From the NCBI GenBank assembly GCA_024636495.1, contig JAGXGZ010000028.1, positions 30,750 to 94,749 of the forward strand: 64,000 bases of DNA, read 5' to 3'. The stretch is from Roseobacter sp. GTDB taxonomy: Bacteria > Pseudomonadota > Alphaproteobacteria > Rhodobacterales > Rhodobacteraceae. The first letter of the stretch is position 1; each line of letters begins with the position of its first letter. Under the pieces are notes generated by a model, which was not told the origin of the DNA, did not search any database, and was given only the letters and a program-made list of their open reading frames with translations. Shown in pieces: positions 46,822 to 56,002 of the stretch. The position numbers and the translations under genes were made by a program.

Positions 46822-48066
46822 ATGAAGAAATATTCCGCCTTTGCCATCGCCCGCGAAGCTTTGCGACACCATACCGGCTGGCAGCGCGCATGGCGTGATG
46901 CACAGCCCAAGAAACGGTATGACGCGATCATCATCGGGGCAGGGGGGCACGGGTTGGCCACGGCCTATTACCTTGGCAAGAACTTTGGCATCACGAATGT
47001 GGCGATCTTGGAAAAAGGCTGGCTTGGCGGCGGCAACACCGGGCGCAACACAACGATCATCCGCTCGAACTACCTGCAAGACCCGTCTGCGGCGATCTAC
47101 GAAAAATCCCGCTCGCTGTATGAAACGATGAGCCAGGACCTAAACTATAACGTCATGTTCAGCCCGCGCGGCGTGATCATGCTGGCCCAGACCCACCACG
47201 AGGTGCGCGGCTATCAGCGCACTGCGCACGCGAACATGCTGCAAGGGGTGACGACTGAATTCATCGGCCCCGAAAAGGTCAAGGAACTGGTGCCGATCAT
47301 AAACATCAACGGCCCGCGCTACCCCGTGTTGGGCGGCCTTTGGCAGGCGCGCGGTGGCACGGCCCGCCATGACGCGGTGGCCTGGGGGTATGCGCGGGCG
47401 TGCTCGGATATGGGCATGGACGTGATCCAGAAATGTGAAGTCACCGGCATCCGCTCTGAAAACGGCAAGGTGGTGGGCGTCTCGACCAATCGCGGCGACA
47501 TCGATTGTGACAAGCTGGGCATGGTGGTCGCGGGCCATTCGGGCCATCTGGCGGATATGGCAGGCTTCCGTCTGCCCATTGAATCTGTTTCGTTGCAGGC
47601 TCTTGTATCCGAACCGATCAAACCCTGCATGGATGTGGTCGTGATGGCCAACACGGTCCACGGCTACATGTCGCAATCGGACAAAGGCGAGATGGTCATC
47701 GGCGGGGGCACCGACGGCTATAACAACTACACCCAACGCGGATCGTTTCACCACATCGAGGAAACCGTGCGCGCCCTGATCGAAACCTTCCCGATGGTGT
47801 CCCGCCTCAAGATGCTGCGCCAATGGGGCGGCATCGTTGATGTGACGGGCGATCGCTCCCCGATCCTGTCCAAAACCCCGGTCGAGGGCGTCTTTATCAA
47901 CTGCGGCTGGGGCACCGGCGGCTTCAAGGCGATCCCCGGCTCCGGCTGGGCTATGGCAGAGCTTATCGCCAAAGGCCGCTCGCCCCTCACGGACGCATTC
48001 GGTCTTAACCGCTTTCAAGAAGGCCGTTTCATCGACGAAAGCGTTGCTGCAGGGGTGGCGCATTGA
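46822..48066 (+). CDS. soxB: Sarcosine oxidase beta subunit
   Basis: GAGGHGLATAYY, GGGNTGRNTTIIRSNY, GWGTGGFKA. Confidence 0.95.
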   Translation: MKKYSAFAIAREALRHHTGWQRAWRDAQPKKRYDAIIIGAGGHGLATAYYLGKNFGITNVAILEKGWLGGGNTGRNTTIIRSNYLQDPSAAIYEKSRSLYETMSQDLNYNVMFSPRGVIMLAQTHHEVRGYQRTAHANMLQGVTTEFIGPEKVKELVPIININGPRYPVLGGLWQARGGTARHDAVAWGYARACSDMGMDVIQKCEVTGIRSENGKVVGVSTNRGDIDCDKLGMVVAGHSGHLADMAGFRLPIESVSLQALVSEPIKPCMDVVVMANTVHGYMSQSDKGEMVIGGGTDGYNNYTQRGSFHHIEETVRALIETFPMVSRLKMLRQWGGIVDVTGDRSPILSKTPVEGVFINCGWGTGGFKAIPGSGWAMAELIAKGRSPLTDAFGLNRFQEGRFIDESVAAGVAH

Positions 48067-48163
48067 TGTCTATGTTAACGCAAAGCATTAAAACGGTTGC
48101 AGGGAACCGAAGCTGTGTTCGCCGTGTTACCTTTGCAATAGAATTATGCAAAGGAATGCCTCA

Positions 48164-48409
48164 ATGGCAAATTCAGACAACAACCAACCGACGCACACCA
48201 CCATCAATAAAACCAGCGGTACATCGACCGGGTTCATTATTGGCGCACTTATGGTGGTCGCCCTTGTGCTTGGATATTTTGTCTTCTCAGGCGCGAACCC
48301 TTTCGACACGTCTAATGACGTCAATGTCACCGTCGAAGGCGCAGGCGCGGCCGCAAATGCAGTCGAGGGGGCAGCAGACGCTGTCAAAGACGCCGCAACC
48401 GGCAACTAA
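48164..48409 (+). CDS. Small single-pass membrane protein between soxB and soxD
   Basis: AAGGAA RBS; one transmembrane segment (FIIGALMVVALVLGYFVF); Ala-rich acidic tail. Confidence 0.7.
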   Translation: MANSDNNQPTHTTINKTSGTSTGFIIGALMVVALVLGYFVFSGANPFDTSNDVNVTVEGAGAAANAVEGAADAVKDAATGN

Positions 48410-48435
48410 CTCAGTTTTCGATTTACCTATTTTGG

Positions 48436-48464
48436 AAGGCTGGCCCGCTCGGGCCGGCCTTTTT
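48436..48464 (+). terminator. Intrinsic terminator upstream of soxD
   Basis: AAGGCTGGCCC-GCTC-GGGCCGGCCTT followed by TTT. Confidence 0.65.
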
Positions 48465-48496
48465 GCGTTCGCCCATCGTCGACCAAGGAACTGCAT

Positions 48497-48826
48497 ATGC
48501 TAATTCTAACCTGCCCAAATTGCGGCGTCACCGCCGAGGAAACCGAATTCCATGCAGGTGGCGAAGCACACCTGACCCGTTTCGGTCCCGGTGCTTCGGA
48601 TGATGATTTCGAAAACTATCTCTTTATGCGTGACAACCCCAAAGGCGTGCATTTTGAACGCTGGCGCCACGTCTATGGCTGCGGCAAGTGGTTCCACGCG
48701 GCTCGCGATACGGTGACACTGGAAATCTTCGGCACCTACACGGCGCAAACCAGCACACCACCGCAAAACATCATCGACAAAATTTCCGACCGCCGTCCCG
48801 ACTGGCAGCCGCCGCAAAAGCAGTAA
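48497..48826 (+). CDS. soxD: Sarcosine oxidase delta subunit
   Basis: CPNCG...EF..GGEAH...RDNPKG...ERWRH..GC Zn-binding pattern. Confidence 0.93.
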   Translation: MLILTCPNCGVTAEETEFHAGGEAHLTRFGPGASDDDFENYLFMRDNPKGVHFERWRHVYGCGKWFHAARDTVTLEIFGTYTAQTSTPPQNIIDKISDRRPDWQPPQKQ

Positions 48827-48901
48827 TCCCGCCTTTTCATTTTGCCCGATAAACTCCCGCCGGAGGCTCCGACGCCGCCGCCAACACCAAGGTCCAAACC
48901 C

Positions 48902-51900
48902 ATGAGCACCAGAATTGCCACAGGCGGCCGCCTGCTCAACAAATCCAACGCTGTCAGCTTTTCGTTCAACGGCAAACACCTGCGCGGGTTCGAAGGCGAC
49001 ACATTGGCCTCGGCCCTGCTGGCCAATGACCAAATGCTCGTGGGCCGTTCGTTCAAATACCATCGTCCCCGTGGCATCGTAGCGGCCGGTCCCGAAGAGC
49101 CTAATGCGCTGATGAACCTTGGCCGCGAGGGCCAGTTCGAGCCGAACCAGCGTGCCACCACCACCGAACTGTTCGACGGGCTCGAGGCTGCCAGCCAGAA
49201 CCATTGGCCAAGCCTTGAATTCGACGTCGGCGCGATCAACAAATATCTCAGCCGGTTCCTGCCCGCAGGTTTCTATTACAAGATGTTCATTCACCCGCGC
49301 CCTTTCTGGAAACACGTCTACGAACCGATCATCCGCCACTCCGCAGGCCTTGGCAAAGCACCCAAAGATCGCGACGCAGATACCTACGAACATTTTCACG
49401 CCTTTTGCGATGTGCTGGTCATCGGAGGCGGTGTTGCGGGGCTTGAGGCTGCGCGCACCGCTGCGCTGTCGGGTGCCAAAGTGATATTACTTGAACAAAA
49501 CGCCCATTGGGGCGGCCGCGCCCCGGTAGATGGTGGCACGGTCGAAGGAAAACCGATCAACGATCACGTTGATACGCTGGTGGCCGAATTGGCGGCGATG
49601 GACAACGTTCAGATGCGCAGGCGCACCATGGGGGCAGGGGTCTATGACCACTCCTATGTGTTGGGCTATGAGCGGCTGAAAGATCACGCACCCAAAGCTC
49701 AGGGCCCGCGCCACCGTCTTTGGCGCATTCGCGCAGGCCATATCATCACGGCAACGGGTGCTATTGAACGGCCCTTGTCCTTTGCAGGCAATGACATCCC
49801 CGGCGTGATGCTGGCCGCAGCGGTGCGTGACTATCTGGTGAATTACGGTGTTTCAGTTGGGGACCGCACCGTTGTTGTTACCAATAACGACGATGCCTAT
49901 CGCACGGCGATTGCCTTGGTCGAGGCCGGATTAACCGTGCCCACCATCCTTGACGCCCGCGTCTTGCCCGAAGATTCCGCTCTCATGGCCCGCGCCAAAG
50001 AGCTTGGTATCCGCGTCATGATGGGCCACGCAATCGCGTCCGTCAAAGGCGGCAAGCGCGTCACGAGTGTTGAGGTCTGCAGCCAGGCAGGCGAGGGGGC
50101 CGTGCTGGAGACGATCCCATGCGAAGCGGTCGCCATGTCAGGCGGCTGGTCGCCAGTCGTGCATCTGTGGTCCCATTGCGGCGGCAAGCTGGTTTGGGAC
50201 ACCGCGCTGGCCACCTTCCGACCTGATGTGAACAATGCCCCGATTGGCGCGGATGGCCACGGTTTTGTCACGGCGGCAGGTGCTGCTGCCGGGTTCTTTG
50301 GGCTTGATGATATCTTGCACGACGCGCATGCGGCTGCCGACGGTGTTGTGACAACGCTGGGATTCAAGTTGCCCGCAAATGCCACCTCTCCGAATGCTGA
50401 TCGTCAAGAAGAATCGCCCTTGGCTCCGGTCTGGATGATGCCTCAAGGTGCAAACGCAAAGCTGCGCGAAAAAACCTGGCTGGATTATCAAAACGACGTC
50501 AAAGTGTCCGACGTGCGCCTAGCCGCCCAGGAAGGCTTTGTCAGTGTTGAACATACCAAGCGGTATACAACGCTTGGTATGGCTACGGATCAGGGAAAGC
50601 TCAGCAATATTAACGGTCTTGCGACCCTTGCGGGCGCTTTGAACGCAGATATCCCCACGGTCGGCACCACCACCTTCCGCCCGCCTTATCATCCTATTTC
50701 GATGGGTGCGATTGGCGGCGAGGCGCGCGGCGAGGTTTTTCAACCGCTGCGTCGCACGCCCATGCACAGCTGGCACGACGCCAACGAGGCCGAGTGGGAA
50801 CCGGTCGGCCAGTGGCGCAGACCCTACGCCTATAAGCGCAGCGGTGAATCCACCCATGATGCGGTGATGCGCGAGGTGACCAACACGCGCAAGAACATGG
50901 GATTGCTTGATGCGTCCACACTTGGCAAGATCATCGTAAAAGGGCCGGATGCGGGCAAATTCCTTGATATGCTCTACACCAATATGATGAGCAGCCTGAA
51001 ACCGGGCAAATGCCGCTACGGGTTGATGTGTTCGGAAAACGGTTTCCTGATTGATGACGGTGTTGTTGCGCGCATCGATGACGACACGTTCCTTTGCCAT
51101 ACCACGACTGGCGGCGCCGACCGTATCCACCAGCATATGGAGGAATGGCTGCAAACCGAATGGTGGGATTGGCAGGTTTATGTCGCCAACGTGACCGAGC
51201 AATATGCGCAGATCGCTGTGGTTGGCCCCAACGCCCGCAAGTGCTTGGAAAAACTGGGCGGCATGGATGTCAGCAAAGACGCGCTTGGCTTTATGGAATG
51301 GGTCGATGGGGAACTTGGCGGCTTTAAATGCCGGATCTACCGGATCTCGTTCTCCGGCGAACTCAGCTATGAAATTGCCGTGGTCGCGGGCGTGGGTCAG
51401 GCGTTCTGGGATGCGCTGATGGTGGCTGGGCATGACTTGGGCGTGATGCCCTATGGTACGGAATGCTTGCACATTTTGCGCGCAGAAAAGGGCTTTATCA
51501 TGATCGGGGATGAAACCGACGGCACCGTGATCCCGCAGGATCTGGGGCTGGGCTGGGCGATCTCGAAAAAGAAAGAAGACTACCTTGGCAAGCGCGCGCA
51601 AGAGCGCAGCCATATGGCAGACCCCGAACGCTGGAAGCTGGTCGGGCTTGAGACAACGGATGGCAGCACCTTGCCGGACGGGGCTTATGCCGTGGGCGAG
51701 GGCAAGAACGAAAACAACCAGCGCAACGTGATCGGGCGCGTCACCTCGACCTATCATTCGCCGACCCTGAACAAGGGGATCGCGATGGGGCTGGTGCTGC
51801 ACGGGCCGGACCGTATGGGCGAAGTGATCGATTTCCCTGGTACAGACGGCAAAACCTACAGCGCTAAAATCGTTGACCCGGTGTTCTACGATAAAGAAGG

Positions 51901-51919
51901 GGAGAAGCAGAATGTCTGA
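48902..51919 (+). CDS. soxA: Sarcosine oxidase alpha subunit
   Basis: GDTLASALLAN, RSFKYHRPRG, KRYTTLGMATDQGK, GcvT-like C-terminus. Confidence 0.95.
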   Translation: MSTRIATGGRLLNKSNAVSFSFNGKHLRGFEGDTLASALLANDQMLVGRSFKYHRPRGIVAAGPEEPNALMNLGREGQFEPNQRATTTELFDGLEAASQNHWPSLEFDVGAINKYLSRFLPAGFYYKMFIHPRPFWKHVYEPIIRHSAGLGKAPKDRDADTYEHFHAFCDVLVIGGGVAGLEAARTAALSGAKVILLEQNAHWGGRAPVDGGTVEGKPINDHVDTLVAELAAMDNVQMRRRTMGAGVYDHSYVLGYERLKDHAPKAQGPRHRLWRIRAGHIITATGAIERPLSFAGNDIPGVMLAAAVRDYLVNYGVSVGDRTVVVTNNDDAYRTAIALVEAGLTVPTILDARVLPEDSALMARAKELGIRVMMGHAIASVKGGKRVTSVEVCSQAGEGAVLETIPCEAVAMSGGWSPVVHLWSHCGGKLVWDTALATFRPDVNNAPIGADGHGFVTAAGAAAGFFGLDDILHDAHAAADGVVTTLGFKLPANATSPNADRQEESPLAPVWMMPQGANAKLREKTWLDYQNDVKVSDVRLAAQEGFVSVEHTKRYTTLGMATDQGKLSNINGLATLAGALNADIPTVGTTTFRPPYHPISMGAIGGEARGEVFQPLRRTPMHSWHDANEAEWEPVGQWRRPYAYKRSGESTHDAVMREVTNTRKNMGLLDASTLGKIIVKGPDAGKFLDMLYTNMMSSLKPGKCRYGLMCSENGFLIDDGVVARIDDDTFLCHTTTGGADRIHQHMEEWLQTEWWDWQVYVANVTEQYAQIAVVGPNARKCLEKLGGMDVSKDALGFMEWVDGELGGFKCRIYRISFSGELSYEIAVVAGVGQAFWDALMVAGHDLGVMPYGTECLHILRAEKGFIMIGDETDGTVIPQDLGLGWAISKKKEDYLGKRAQERSHMADPERWKLVGLETTDGSTLPDGAYAVGEGKNENNQRNVIGRVTSTYHSPTLNKGIAMGLVLHGPDRMGEVIDFPGTDGKTYSAKIVDPVFYDKEGEKQNV

Positions 51920-52487
51920 GCCTATCAGCGCCCTGAACGGGTCAGTCTATAAAGAAGGCATCGCCGCAATTACGGCAACAGGCCCAATCGGCATGATCTC
52001 TATCCGGGGGGATATGACCGCCGGATATCTCAAGAAGACGCTGAAAAAGATCGCGGGCGTCGACATGCCTGATGCACGCGGAATCAACCTGAAAGTTGAC
52101 AAGGGCATTGCATGGATGTCCCCCGATGAGCTGCTGCTGATCTGCTCTTACGCCGAGGTGGCCACCCATCTGGACACGCTCCACAATGCGATCGGCAGCA
52201 ACCATGCGATGGCGGTAAACGTGTCGGATGCCCGCGCCGTGTTCCGCCTGAAAGGCAAGCATATCCGCGAGGTGTTGGCCAAGCTTGCCCCCGTTGATAC
52301 GTCGCCCGACGTCTTTGCCCCCGGCACGATCCGGCGCACCCGTCTGGCGCAGGTGCCAGCAGCGTTCTGGATGGTAGACACCGAGACGGCGCAGTTGGTC
52401 TGCTTCCGCTCTGTCGCGCAATATGTGTTTGATCTGCTTAAAACCGCAGCGCAGCCGGGATCAGAAGTGAACCATCACCGCAGATAA
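51912..52487 (+). CDS. soxG: Sarcosine oxidase gamma subunit
   Basis: AWMSPDELL, NVSDARAVF and CFRSVAQY motifs. Confidence 0.92.
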   Translation: MSEPISALNGSVYKEGIAAITATGPIGMISIRGDMTAGYLKKTLKKIAGVDMPDARGINLKVDKGIAWMSPDELLLICSYAEVATHLDTLHNAIGSNHAMAVNVSDARAVFRLKGKHIREVLAKLAPVDTSPDVFAPGTIRRTRLAQVPAAFWMVDTETAQLVCFRSVAQYVFDLLKTAAQPGSEVNHHRR

Positions 52488-52668
52488 GATCAAGACGGCG
52501 CTTTATGGAACTTCGCGCTGTCCCGATGCGTTGGATCCCTAAGAAGGTATGTAATGTGGCTTGGGGGGCAATGTCGCAAGGTAACTATCTTTGCCGCCTT
52601 GCCCTTGACCTTAGGTCCCCGCGCGCTTCATGTACCTCAGATGTAATTAAATAACGGAGGCCCACCAA

Positions 52669-53268
52669 ATGGCTTTTTCACTTCCCGATCTTCCATATGC
52701 CCACGACGCTTTGGCATCCAAAGGCATGTCTGCGGAAACCCTCGAATTTCACCACGACAAGCACCACAATGCTTACGTGACAAACGGCAACAAGGCCGTT
52801 GAAGGCACGGAGTGGGAAGGCAAGACCCTCGAAGAAATCATCAAGGGCACGTATGATCCCAAGGCAGTTGCCCAATCGGGTATTTTCAACAACATCAGCC
52901 AGCTTTGGAACCACAACCAATTCTGGGAAATGATGAGCCCGGAAGACACCAAAATGCCCGGCGATCTGGAAAAAGCGATCACCGAAAGCTTTGGGTCAGT
53001 CGACAAATTCAAAGATGAATTCAAGGCGGCGGGTGGCGGTCAGTTTGGCTCCGGTTGGGCGTGGCTGGTCAAAGACACGGATGGTGGCCTGAAGGTGACC
53101 AAGACGGAAAATGGCGTGAACCCTGTGTGCTTTGGCCAGACGGCGCTGCTGGGTTGCGACGTGTGGGAACATTCTTATTATATCGATTTCCGCAATGCGC
53201 GCCCTGACTATCTGTCGAATTTCCTCGACAAATTGGTCAATTGGGAAAACGTTGCTTCGCGCATGTAA
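52669..53268 (+). CDS. sodB: Fe/Mn superoxide dismutase (Fe-type features)
   Basis: HHDKHH, WNHNQFW, QFGSGWAW, DVWEHSYY. Confidence 0.95.
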   Translation: MAFSLPDLPYAHDALASKGMSAETLEFHHDKHHNAYVTNGNKAVEGTEWEGKTLEEIIKGTYDPKAVAQSGIFNNISQLWNHNQFWEMMSPEDTKMPGDLEKAITESFGSVDKFKDEFKAAGGGQFGSGWAWLVKDTDGGLKVTKTENGVNPVCFGQTALLGCDVWEHSYYIDFRNARPDYLSNFLDKLVNWENVASRM

Positions 53269-53290
53269 GCGTTTGAAATATAACATACTT

Positions 53291-53322
53291 AAGCCCCGTT
53301 GGTTGATCCAGCGGGGCTTTTT
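53291..53322 (+). terminator. sodB intrinsic terminator
   Basis: AAGCCCCGTTGG...CCAGCGGGGCTT followed by TTT. Confidence 0.75.
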
Positions 53323-53387
53323 CTTTGGAACAACCGCGCAGCCCATCCGTTGACCCCTTGAATGAAACGACAAGACGGGAGATCAAA

Positions 53388-53843
53388 ATGGCTAAGCTGG
53401 AAAATGGGACATGGGTGCTGATCGCAGACGGCGAAAAGGCACTTTTCATGGTCAATGAAACAGACAACGAAGATCCATTTTTGCAGGTTTTCCGAGAGGA
53501 AGAGCAAGAGAATCCGCCGAACCGGGATCAGGCAGCCAACCGCCGAGGCCGGTTTAATGATGGCCCCTCAGTACACCGCTCTGCAGTAGCGGATACGGAT
53601 TGGCATCAGCTGTCAAAAGACCGCTTTGCCAGCGATTTGGCGGATATTCTTTACAAGCAGGCCCACAAAGGCCGGTTTGAAAAGATCGTTCTGGTCGCCC
53701 CTCCGGGCACGCTTGGCGAACTGCGGCACGAATTGCATCAAGAAGTGTCTGACAAGGTGGTTGGTGAAATCGCGAAAACGCTGACAAACCACCCTGTTGA
53801 CGAAATCGAGAAGATTGTGAAATCAGATCTCGCCGCTGCGTAA
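53388..53843 (+). CDS. Host-attachment family protein (AtsE/baeRF12-like)
   Basis: WVLIADGEKAL, LVAPP.TLGELR and KTLTNHP motifs; GGGAG RBS. Confidence 0.88.
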   Translation: MAKLENGTWVLIADGEKALFMVNETDNEDPFLQVFREEEQENPPNRDQAANRRGRFNDGPSVHRSAVADTDWHQLSKDRFASDLADILYKQAHKGRFEKIVLVAPPGTLGELRHELHQEVSDKVVGEIAKTLTNHPVDEIEKIVKSDLAAA

Positions 53844-53945
53844 GACCGCTAGCGTACGTGTGTCGCTTTTCTGCAACGCACGCCAGTGGGAGTTTGGTCG
53901 AACGACAGGTCGTTTCACCTTTATACCGATCAGTCTGATCCGTCC

Positions 53946-53969
53946 GGGCCGCCCAATTTAGGGCGGCCC
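53946..53969. terminator. GC hairpin in a convergent intergenic region
   Basis: GGGCCGCCC-AATTTA-GGGCGGCCC. Confidence 0.55.
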
Positions 53970-54117
53970 ATTTCTATTCTGAAAATCGCTTCGGGCCGTT
54001 GCGCAATCATACTCCAGCGCGCGTGAAAGATTGGCCGCAGTTCAGCGCAGTTTGGATTAGCACCCGGGCATCCCACCCCCTCATGTGCGGGACAAGACTT
54101 TGTTCAACAAACTGGGG

Positions 54118-54669
54118 TCAGCTCAGGGCGGGTTGCAAAACCTTCAGCGCGGCTGCTGCGTCGGGAACGGAAACGAAATAGTCCAACAGCGATGCTTCTG
54201 CGAAATCGCTATCGACGATGTGCTGTAAAAGCTGCACCAAAGGATCCCAGTAACCATTTGTATTCAATAGGATTACCGGCTTTTGATGCAAGCCAAGCTG
54301 TCGCCAGGTCAGAACCTCGAACAGCTCGTCCAGTGATCCCGCACCCCCCGGAAGCACCACCACCGCGTCGCAGTTCATGAACATCACCTTCTTGCGCTCG
54401 TGCATGGTTTCGGTGACGATATATTGGGTCAGATCGGTCTTTCCGACCTCCCATTTCACCAGATGCTCGGGGATCACGCCAAAGGTCGGGGCCCCGGCAT
54501 CCTGCGCTGCGCGCGCCACGGCACCCATCAGCCCGACATCGCCGGCACCGTAGACCAGCCGCCAATTGTTGTCAGCCAAACCCCGCCCGATTGCCTGCGC
54601 ATCAGCCAGATAGGCGGGGTCGTTGCCAGGGCGCGAGCCGCAAAAAACGCAAACTGATTTCTGTGTCAT
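54118..54669 (-). CDS. LOG family nucleotide phosphoribohydrolase (TIGR00730)
   Basis: CVFCGS, YGAGDVGLMG, MHERK, PGGAGSLDELFE. Confidence 0.93.
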   Translation of the reverse strand: MTQKSVCVFCGSRPGNDPAYLADAQAIGRGLADNNWRLVYGAGDVGLMGAVARAAQDAGAPTFGVIPEHLVKWEVGKTDLTQYIVTETMHERKKVMFMNCDAVVVLPGGAGSLDELFEVLTWRQLGLHQKPVILLNTNGYWDPLVQLLQHIVDSDFAEASLLDYFVSVPDAAAALKVLQPALS

Positions 54670-54779
54670 GTCGGTGTCCTTGTCAGCAAATGTGAGGCGG
54701 GGATGCAGCTCTATTTTGACCCTTGTTAACCTGCTTGATACAAGTCCTCAATGTGGTGAAATCCTAAAGGATGACGGTC

Positions 54780-55895
54780 ATGTCGGTGTTTCAAGCAAAA
54801 TCTGCGCGCGTTGCAGGGGGTGTGGCTGTTGCAGTAGCGGTTGGCGTGGCAGCGTTTTTCCTTGTTCCGCGCAGCACACCCGAGACGCAAATCGCACCGC
54901 TGGCCCCGCAAACGGCAGCCATGCCGGACAAGGCAGAACCCGAACAACCCGCCGTATCATCCCCCACGAACCCCAGTTTTGACGAGGTCCGCCGCGACCC
55001 CGATGGGATGACGGTCGTTGCAGGGCGTGCAGCACCGGGCAGTCAGGTCAAGGTGATCAGCAACGGCATTGAAATAGCGTCGACCAAGGCCGACAAAGCC
55101 GGGAAATTCGCAGCTTTGGCCGTCTTGCCGCCCGACGGAAAGGGTCAGGTGCTTAGTCTTGAGGCGTCGGGTGATGGCGCCTTGGCCGTCTCAGACGACG
55201 AGGTGATCCTCGCGCCGTTGAAATCCGTACCTGTGAAGGCGGACCCAGAACCGATCATCACGGCTGAAAGCCAAGCGCCCCCCCAGACGGACGAACCTGC
55301 GCAGATCGCTGAAGTGGCAACCGATGCTCCCGCCGAAGACCCCCCAGTCAAGGAGCCGGCGCAGCAGATGGCTTTGCTGAAATCGACACCTGAGGGCGTT
55401 GAACTGCTGGCGTCGCCGTCCCCCCAAGTGACGGGGAACATAGCACTTGATACGATCACCTACTCTGATGCGGGTGACGTGCGCCTTGCCGGGCGCGCAC
55501 AGACCGAAGGGGCCTCCGTGCAGGTCTATCTTGATAACAGGTCGGTTGGTAAATTGTTGGTCGATGATCAGGGTCGCTGGCGCGGCGACATCGATGACAT
55601 CGACACAGGCATTTACACGTTGCGTGTGGATGAATTGAACCAGGCAGGCGAGGTGATCAGCCGTGTCGAGACGCCGTTCAAGCGCGAAAGCCCCGAAGCA
55701 CTGGCACGCGCAACCGAAAATTACGACGGGCCGATCAAGGAAGTGACGGTGCAGGAGGGGGCCACGCTTTGGGCCATTGCGCGCGAACGCTACGGCGACC
55801 CCACGCTTTATCTGCGGGTGGTCGAGGCAAACCGCGACACAATCCGCGACCCCGATCTGATCTACCCCGGTCAGGTGTTTAATTTACCAAACTAG
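54780..55895 (+). CDS. Membrane-anchored protein with Ig-like domains and C-terminal LysM
   Basis: N-terminal transmembrane segment; VTVQEGATLWAIARERYG...IRDPDLIYPGQVF LysM motif. Confidence 0.9.
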   Translation: MSVFQAKSARVAGGVAVAVAVGVAAFFLVPRSTPETQIAPLAPQTAAMPDKAEPEQPAVSSPTNPSFDEVRRDPDGMTVVAGRAAPGSQVKVISNGIEIASTKADKAGKFAALAVLPPDGKGQVLSLEASGDGALAVSDDEVILAPLKSVPVKADPEPIITAESQAPPQTDEPAQIAEVATDAPAEDPPVKEPAQQMALLKSTPEGVELLASPSPQVTGNIALDTITYSDAGDVRLAGRAQTEGASVQVYLDNRSVGKLLVDDQGRWRGDIDDIDTGIYTLRVDELNQAGEVISRVETPFKRESPEALARATENYDGPIKEVTVQEGATLWAIARERYGDPTLYLRVVEANRDTIRDPDLIYPGQVFNLPN

Positions 55896-56002
55896 GGATA
55901 TGGGGGGCTTGGTTTTGGCCCTCAGAAGGTCAATTTATCCAACGCTCTGGCAACCGGGGGGCCTCCGGCCTATGTAGTGGGGCAAGCATTTCAGGATCAT
56001 TC

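Noticed and set aside
46600-46822. Glycine or other riboswitch ahead of sarcosine oxidase
   Set aside because: No GGAGA/GAAGG-type aptamer motifs or paired stems recognised.
48842-48901. Pro-rich N-terminal extension of SoxA (also the upstream extensions of matP, matA, TSUP and ccmI in the track)
   Set aside because: Downstream ATGs match family starts, RBS positions or stop/start overlaps better.
50519-51802. 427-aa minus-strand ORF
   Set aside because: Antisense shadow of soxA.
46822-52487. sox genes as sulfur oxidation
   Set aside because: Motifs are those of heterotetrameric sarcosine oxidase; only the gene names coincide.
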